A model generated the notes under the pieces. That model did no database searches. It saw nothing but the letters and a program-made list of their open reading frames with translations, and had not been told where the DNA came from. This document shows, piece by piece, positions 56,327 to 61,755 of a stretch of DNA of 64,000 bases; the first letter of the stretch is position 1; each line of letters opens with the position of its first letter. This DNA is from an uncultured Clostridia bacterium (GTDB lineage: Bacteria > Bacillota > Clostridia > Christensenellales > UBA1242): the NCBI GenBank assembly GCA_947595235.1, contig CANQEP010000001.1:7451-71450 (forward strand), given 5' to 3'. Position numbers and translations under genes: made by a program.

Positions 56327-57488
56327 TCACAAAAGTTTGTCCATATATCCAAGCGATGAAAGAAGGTGCATTGTTGAGGGCGTGTGATAGAAGTCGGGCG
56401 CAAGCGCAAAGCAAATTTCAACTTGACGCGCCTTTAAACCATATTTTTTCAGCGGGTTTATCTTGTTGTCTATGCAAGAGACAAGTGAAAAAATCTTTGA
56501 AAGCGCCTTGTCAAAGACCGACGCAAGATAGGGATATTTGCCCTTCAAGTTGTTTATGGCGTCTCCGCCGAAAAAGAGGTTCGACCCCGCCAGTTTCTTT
56601 ATAACCAAACTTGGACTGAGTTTGAAGGTCCTTGACAAAAGGTCAATGTGCCGACTTGGGTTCATGCTCCCCTCAACTGCCGAAGAGGAATAAAAGCAAG
56701 AGTACGCATTGATGACAAGTTTCAGCGATGCCACTTCCATTTCCAAGTAGTCTGCGTCGCGTTTTAACATGCACAGCCTTTCAACAATAGCCCTGTCTCC
56801 CCCAAAAAAGAACTTGGTTTGCCCAAAGTAACTCATCGCTTGCCCCAGCCTTATGAGAGTCCAGATGTTGAGCGAGTTCTTCTCGCTTGGACTTGACGCG
56901 CGCGACTTTATGTAGGTTTGGAGAGTGCGCTTTAAAAAGTTTTTCATCTTCTCGCAGTGCTTTACTTGATAAACTTGCTCTGCAACAATGTCATCAAACA
57001 AAGCAATGTACTTCGAACTCAAAAAATACGACTGCAACTCGCTATATGGGTTTTCTGAGAGCGAAACAAAGATATATTCGGGCTCGGCGGTGTCAAAAAA
57101 ACCATACTCCACCCCATCGAAAAGGCGCGCGAACCTTGAAAAAGTGAAGTCAAGAAAGTTCCCGACGGGATATATCGCAAGTGGCGTTTCGCACGAGTAG
57201 GCGTGATACTTGGCAAGGGATATCGCAATTTCACTGCCATAGCCAACAACAAGTTCTTCGCCACAATTTTCCATGTGCTCAGCCTCAAATACCTTCTTTG
57301 AATGTGACATTTTTTGAAATTAGATTTTTGAGTTTTTGCGGAGGATGGTCTTTGTCAAAGATTATCAAGACGCTTTTGTGCGGACTGGAGTTTATGAACT
57401 TTGCAAGCAAGTTTAGGGCATCATAACAGACCTCAACCTTCTTTGTTGAGAGAGAGTGCACTTCTTGGCACGCGCAAATTTCTTCCAT
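56327..57488 (-). pseudogene. Split gene: 67-aa and 327-aa ORFs separated by a +1 frameshift in an A6 run
   Basis: ORFs 57285..57488 and 56327..57310 overlap by 26 nt. Deleting one A of the A6 run (57310-57315) fuses them in frame (...KNLISK-MSHSKKVFEAEH...). VLIIFDK and VVGYGSEIAISLAKY loosely recall the DHQS/Fe-ADH-like GGGSxxDxAK fold. Confidence 0.4.
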
Positions 57489-57576
57489 AAAATAAATATA
57501 GCACGCAAAATAGTTGTTTTATGCGTGCCAAAAATTTGGTTTTTGTTAAAAATTGAAAAAAACTGCAAAAATATGT

Positions 57577-58965
57577 CTAATTTTCATTTGCGACTTGACC
57601 TTCTTGCTCATTTGCAGTTGTCAAGGCCTCTTGCCCGCCCGAAAGTTTCATCTCTTTTTTTGCCTTAACCATACGAATAATGCTGTCCACCGTTGAAACA
57701 ATAAAGCCTTGCACAATAGTTAAGTAGTATGTGAGAAGTCTCCACGCCAGCAGTCCAAGAACAACATTTGCTTGGTCAACGCCAAGTAGCATCTCGCCAC
57801 TGAAAAGGAACATGAACGAAAGTTCCATCATTCCCGTTCCACCAGGTAGCGGGATGACCACCGATGCCATTTGGCAAACAATGAACTTGGTCATGCAAAT
57901 AAGTAACAAACTTAGGGTATTGACCGCCCCCGTCACGGTTGACGGAGTGAGCGCCATAACAACGGCAAAAGGAATTGCAAAATATGAAAGAACATCGATA
58001 AGCCCAAAGAATATGCAGGCAAAGAGCGTGCCCTTGTTCTTTCGAAGGTACTTCATGGAGTTTTGGTATTCAAGCACTTGGCTCATAAACTTGTTATAGG
58101 TCTTTCTGTAGTCCTTCACAATTCGCAATTTGTAGCCAAGCCTAACGATGCGCCTAACAAGAGTACGTCCAACAATCTTGCCACTGCCAATAAGAATGAA
58201 CAAAACGCTTGTGAGCGCAGTGAATATCAGCCCCACATAAGCAACAATCTTAAAGAGCGTGAACATGAGGTTCAAAAGTGGCGAAGAAATTGGAATGAAA
58301 GGCACGCCAAAAATGAGGAACGCCAAGATAACAAAGGTGTAGATGAGGTTGTAGATAATGAGTTTTATAATTGGAATGCTGGTTGCAATCCCGGGCGAGA
58401 CTCCCGACCTTGTGAGGTTGAGGATTTGCGACGGCTGACCGCCGACCGAGAACGGGGTTATTGCATCAAAATACTTGCCCACCGAACTGACTTTGTAACT
58501 CACAAAAATTCTCTTTTTGCCCGTGGACTTTTTGATAAGGCAAAAGAACATCATGGTGTCGGCAAAGAACATGAGCAAAAATAGTCCCAACCCAAGAAGT
58601 AGCCACCAAAGTTTGCTCCCCTGCCTTGAAATTATCTCAGAAATAGAAACGCCATCCGTGTCTTTCAAGAAAGAGTTGATAATGACCGCCATAACAACAA
58701 TGTTTAGCGCAAAGAAAATGAGGTTCATTATAATGCTTCGTTTTTTCTTCTTTGGCTTTTCGGTCTCTATTGCCTCTTGCAATCTTTCACGGGCAATGCT
58801 TTCGTCAACAAGCGCGTCGTCAAGTTTGTCATCAAAAACAGATATCTGCCCTTCAATGACATTGTTTTCGCTCTTGTTCTCTTCTTTTTCATGAAAAACG
58901 GGTGCCTCTTTTGGCTTAGGCACTCCGTCAATAGTCAGTTGTTCATTTTCTTTCTTTTTTGCCAC
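57577..58965 (-). CDS. Flippase-like (UPF0104 / MprF-TM-like) integral membrane protein
   Basis: ~8 TM segments, acidic N-terminal region, GGQPSQILNL loop. The track start 59004 (TTG) lies inside a strong promoter, so GTG 58965 or a later start is more likely. Confidence 0.6.
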   Translation of the reverse strand: MAKKKENEQLTIDGVPKPKEAPVFHEKEENKSENNVIEGQISVFDDKLDDALVDESIARERLQEAIETEKPKKKKRSIIMNLIFFALNIVVMAVIINSFLKDTDGVSISEIISRQGSKLWWLLLGLGLFLLMFFADTMMFFCLIKKSTGKKRIFVSYKVSSVGKYFDAITPFSVGGQPSQILNLTRSGVSPGIATSIPIIKLIIYNLIYTFVILAFLIFGVPFIPISSPLLNLMFTLFKIVAYVGLIFTALTSVLFILIGSGKIVGRTLVRRIVRLGYKLRIVKDYRKTYNKFMSQVLEYQNSMKYLRKNKGTLFACIFFGLIDVLSYFAIPFAVVMALTPSTVTGAVNTLSLLLICMTKFIVCQMASVVIPLPGGTGMMELSFMFLFSGEMLLGVDQANVVLGLLAWRLLTYYLTIVQGFIVSTVDSIIRMVKAKKEMKLSGGQEALTTANEQEGQVANEN

Positions 58966-58988
58966 TTGCTTTCTTCTTATACTAAAAT

Positions 58989-59017
58989 ATAATACCAAAG
59001 GCAAAAAAATGTGTCAA
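58989..59017 (-). promoter_or_regulatory. Strong sigma-A-type promoter for the flippase-like gene
   Basis: Minus strand: TTGACA (59017-12), 17 nt, TATTAT (58994-89). Confidence 0.6.
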
Positions 59018-59160
59018 TTATTTTAGCCATTGTTTACTTTAATGCATAACCTTTACTCTTATTCCTCTCTCCTTGCCTCCCACAAGAAGTTGATGCAAAA
59101 TTATTGCAAAAGTTATATTATATTGCCCAATTGTGGCACAAAATAAGTTTCCCACTCAAA

Positions 59161-59230
59161 GTAAAGGGTCCCAACAAGGTGAGAGTGCCGAAGTTCGTGG
59201 GGACCCCTTTACTTCGGGGGCACTCTTTTT
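59161..59230 (+). other. Degenerate reverse copy of motif M with interleaved stems and a T-run (terminator-like)
   Basis: GTAAAGGGTCCC (59161-72) pairs with GGGGACCCCTTTAC (59199-212). AGAGTGCCGAAG (59182-93) pairs with CTTCGGGGGCACTCT (59211-25). Followed by TTTTT. A possible promoter TTGATG-17-TTATAT lies at 59090-59118. Confidence 0.35.
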
Positions 59231-59418
59231 GTTGCGACTCGCTTACGAGTCGCTCCAACCTCACCGCACCTAAGCCATATTTTTCACAAATGGCTTCGAA
59301 AGAGAAACGCGGGCAACCAAAAAGGTTTGCCCGCATTTCTTTTTCTTTGCCCTTTATAAAAACTATGTCTTATCTGCTCCTTCGCGTTTTCAAATATAGC
59401 GGTTCAAAGGGAAAGAAG
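59231..59418 (+). repeat. Copy B+ of the modular structured repeat (H1-J-X-tail)
   Basis: GTTGCG + hairpin GCGACTCG-CTTA-CGAGTCGC, junction CCTCACCGCA, module X (59266-59318 identical to 23966-24018), hairpin GCGGGCAA-N10-TTGCCCGC, tail CTTATCTGCT...CGGTTCAAAGGGAAAGAAG. Confidence 0.5.
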
Positions 59419-59480
59419 TTGATATTATTTATATATATTTTCCCTAAACTTATATCTCAAATCTCTTGCGTCCTAACCAA

Positions 59481-59528
59481 GTGCCCCCTCCCACGGGGGA
59501 AAGGTGGTGCCTTCGGCACCAAAAGGGG
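59481..59528 (+). repeat. Motif M copy 1 (two-hairpin 48-nt element)
   Basis: GTGCCCCC-TCCCAC-GGGGGAAAGGTGGTGCCTTCGGCACCAAAAGGGG. Hairpin 1 is C-run/G-run, hairpin 2 is GGTGC/GCACC. Confidence 0.45.
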
Positions 59529-59539
59529 TAATTATTTCA

Positions 59540-59710
59540 TCAACTTTTTAATGTTGACTTTGATATTAAAACCACTATTGAGTAGAACCGCCAAAGTGCG
59601 ACACTTGAAATAAGTATCCTCTTCTTTCCCTTTGAACCGATTTGTTCGAAGACACAAAGGAGCAGATAAGCGAAATTTAAGATGAAGAGCGAAGAAAAGA
59701 GAACCACCAT
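59540..59710 (-). CDS. Speculative 56-aa hydrophobic peptide inside repeat copy B'
   Basis: The ATG 59710 lies inside the hairpin arm ATGGTGGTTC. Product MVVLFSSLFILNFAYLLLCVFEQIGSKGKKRILISS.... Shares FSSLFILNFAYLLL with the copy A peptide. No SD. Confidence 0.2.
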   Translation of the reverse strand: MVVLFSSLFILNFAYLLLCVFEQIGSKGKKRILISSVALWRFYSIVVLISKSTLKS

Positions 59711-59808
59711 AACACTATTGCTGTATGGTGGTTCTCTTTTCAAAGCCCTTCGCTTAAAGTTCGTTTATGTGCGGCGAAGTTTGGAGCGACTCGCAAGCGA
59801 GCCGCAAC
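59621..59808 (-). repeat. Copy B' of the modular structured repeat (H1-J-Y-tail), inverted relative to B+
   Basis: Minus strand: GTTGCG + hairpin GCGGCTCG-CTTG-CGAGTCGC (one G-T pair), junction, module Y (matches 24066-24161), hairpin GAACCACCAT...ATGGTGGTTC, tail ending CGGTTCAAAGGGAAAGAAG (perfect 19-bp inverted repeat with 59400-59418). Confidence 0.5.
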
Positions 59809-59815
59809 AAAAAAA

Positions 59816-59864
59816 GTTCCCCACTGTCGATGGGGAAAGGTGGTGCCTTTAGCACCAAAAGGGG
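59816..59864 (+). repeat. Motif M copy 2
   Basis: GTTCCCCA-CTGTCGA-TGGGGAAAGGTGGTGCCTTTAGCACCAAAAGGGG. On the minus strand its complement ends as hairpin CCCCA..TGGGG + AACTTTTTTT directly before copy B'. Confidence 0.45.
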
Positions 59865-59944
59865 AGGTTAAATATCAACTTTTTATGTTTTTTTATTTTT
59901 TAGGAAGAACTTTGACTTGAAAAAATCTATACCTTTAATCCTTC

Positions 59945-59976
59945 AAAATAAAAAGAGGATACTTTATCTCAGTATC
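59945..59976 (-). terminator. Intrinsic terminator of paralog 2
   Basis: Minus strand: GATACT-GAGATAA-AGTATC followed by CTCTTTTTATTTT, immediately after motif M copy 3. Confidence 0.6.
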
Positions 59977-59977
59977 T

Positions 59978-60025
59978 CCCCTTTTGGTACTTACGTACCA
60001 CCTTTCCCCATCATCAGTGGGGCAC
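59978..60025 (-). repeat. Motif M copy 3, in the 3' UTR of paralog 2
   Basis: Minus strand: GTGCCCCA-CTGATGA-TGGGGAAAGGTGGTAC-GTAA-GTACCAAAAGGGG. Hairpin 2 covaries (GGTAC/GTACC versus GGTGC/GCACC in copies 1 and 2). Confidence 0.5.
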
Positions 60026-60058
60026 TTAAAGTAGGTGCGCGCGACAAGTGGCTCGCAA

Positions 60059-61471
60059 CTAAATCGATAGGTGCAAAGCCGGACGCACCCCTCCGTTCCC
60101 GTAATCGACAGAAATGCGGCTGAGGCCCCCAAGGTTGTCTACGTCACAGGCATTATAAGCCGTCCAGCCCGCCGAACGGAGCCACCAGTTGCACGTCCCT
60201 GTCCTATAGTTCGTCGTGTAACTAGTATACATATAACAATAATTACTTAATGCAAAGTCTGTCGGAGAACATATCCTTGATGCGTAACCATTCCCTACGT
60301 TAAAGTCCTCAGCAAACATGTCGTGACCCATTTCGTAATATGTCTTGCAGTATACATAGTCCTCTGTCGATTCTCCAGTCCACGAACTTGGTGCACTATT
60401 ATATTCTTTTGTTATTCCATTCTTGTTTTTCGTTAGTGCTATTATTTCTCTCTCATTCTCATCAAATGCTGTTTCGTAAAATTCGTCTCTTAGCCATGTT
60501 TGCAGTTCAGAACCTTTCCAGTTATTCCCTGCACTTGTTGTTGGATTGAATCTTATGTAACTTGTCAATGCCAACTCACTCAACAACTCTATATTCTCGG
60601 TCCCACTCTGCCATGCGTCGTAGTTCAATATATACCACTTTATAGGCTCAACCTTGAACCAAACCGCTGTTCCAGTTGCTTTGACTGTTGTCCCATTCTT
60701 GTATGTGTATGACGAACCCGAACTATATCTATAACTACTTCCCCTTGCATATAGTTGTCCGTCAGTATACTCATACGCATCCCATACTTGCGAATCACGA
60801 ATGGTATATGTTTTTACCACTTTCTTTCCAGAATACCAATTCTCAAGTTGGTCATTTAAGTCATCCCCAACATATGTTTGTGGATACGAGCCAAAGTACA
60901 TGGTTCTTAGTTTAACCGTAGACAAAACCCCATCATATGTTCCCCCCATGGTCTCCTCTTCACCCATGACATATAGTGGGACATAATAATCAACTATATT
61001 TCCATCCACAACACTTGTTCCGTCAATGGTGAGGTTGCCACCCTCTTCAACATAGATGGCGGGACCACCTTTCTCGGCAGTGTTGTTGAGTATGTTCCCG
61101 CCATTTATAATGACCTTTCCACCATTTTCTATATATATTGCTCCGCCATACATGGCACGACAGTTCTTTATTGTTCCCCCATTCATGGTAAATGTTGCTT
61201 TGTTAGAAACATAGACCGCCCCACCATAAATATTTTTATGGTTCTCTATGGTTCCACCAGTCATTATATATGTTGCACCCTCTTCAAGGTATATTGCTCC
61301 ACCTTTTTGGCTTTTGTTGGCTGAACTCGCTCCGCTCTCATCCGCAAGAAAGTTCCTTGTGTCCAGTTTTCTTTCCTCATTTATTGCCAACGGCAAAACA
61401 ACCCCAAAGCAAATGGCAATTATAATTGCAAATGGAATAACAAAACCAAATATCCTCTTTAATTTATTCAC
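60059..61471 (-). CDS. Signal-anchored surface protein: Pmp-like beta-helix repeats plus a C-terminal WWLRS...VRPAL domain (paralog 2)
   Basis: Best start is GTG 61471 (GGGGG 7 nt upstream), giving NKLKRIFGFVIPFAIIIAICFGVVLPL, collinear with the paralog 1 N-terminus. Blocks SQKGGAIYL, YGGAVYV, ATFTMNGGTI, FGSYPQTYVG, WFKVEPIKWYILNY, CSPTDFA, WWLRSAG, GVRPALHLSI. Confidence 0.75.
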   Translation of the reverse strand: MNKLKRIFGFVIPFAIIIAICFGVVLPLAINEERKLDTRNFLADESGASSANKSQKGGAIYLEEGATYIMTGGTIENHKNIYGGAVYVSNKATFTMNGGTIKNCRAMYGGAIYIENGGKVIINGGNILNNTAEKGGPAIYVEEGGNLTIDGTSVVDGNIVDYYVPLYVMGEEETMGGTYDGVLSTVKLRTMYFGSYPQTYVGDDLNDQLENWYSGKKVVKTYTIRDSQVWDAYEYTDGQLYARGSSYRYSSGSSYTYKNGTTVKATGTAVWFKVEPIKWYILNYDAWQSGTENIELLSELALTSYIRFNPTTSAGNNWKGSELQTWLRDEFYETAFDENEREIIALTKNKNGITKEYNSAPSSWTGESTEDYVYCKTYYEMGHDMFAEDFNVGNGYASRICSPTDFALSNYCYMYTSYTTNYRTGTCNWWLRSAGWTAYNACDVDNLGGLSRISVDYGNGGVRPALHLSI

Positions 61472-61566
61472 TCCACAACCCCCTATTGGCAAGGTATTTG
61501 CAAGAGCGCATAATAAAAACACTCAGCGCTTGCACCCCGCCAAAATTTTCACTTTTTTCGCACAAT

Positions 61567-61594
61567 ATGATACCCCCCCCCATATTAAAGTCAA
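61567..61594 (-). promoter_or_regulatory. Promoter of paralog 2 with a G9 homopolymer in the spacer
   Basis: Minus strand: TTGACT (61594-89) - TTAATAT GGGGGGGGG (G9 = 61581-61573) - TATCAT (61572-67). Spacer is 16 nt, of which 9 are the homopolymer. Confidence 0.55.
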
Positions 61595-61677
61595 GCGTTT
61601 TAACGGGGTTTTGTTAAAAAACTAAAAAAGTTTTTCAACAAGAAAACACATACCAAATTATGCATCCTTTTCTTTCA

Positions 61678-61708
61678 AACAAAAACCCATTGGCTAAAAC
61701 CAATGGGT
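61678..61708 (-). terminator. Intrinsic terminator after the InlB-B-repeat protein gene
   Basis: Minus strand: ACCCATTGG-TTTTAG-CCAATGGGT followed by TTTTTG. Confidence 0.75.
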
Positions 61709-61755
61709 ATCATTTTGTATACAATTACTTTCTGTTTTTATTTAGACGGACGATG

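Noticed and set aside
59104-59613. Long track ORFs across the repeat loci (169 aa at 59104..59613, 72 aa at 59118..59336, 99 aa at 23851..24150, 73 aa at 23990..24211) as real proteins
   Set aside because: They have no SD sequences and run straight through conserved hairpins. Similarity between copies follows nucleotide blocks rather than reading frames (on the antisense strand the frame differs between copy A and copy B'). Only the short hydrophobic segment FSSLFILNFAYLLL is kept as an open low-confidence hypothesis.
59481-60025. Could the three motif M copies be a small CRISPR array?
   Set aside because: Spacing is irregular (about 335 and 160 bp start to start). One copy is inverted, the copies differ by compensatory changes rather than being identical, and no cas genes or leader are present. 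It does not fit a CRISPR array.
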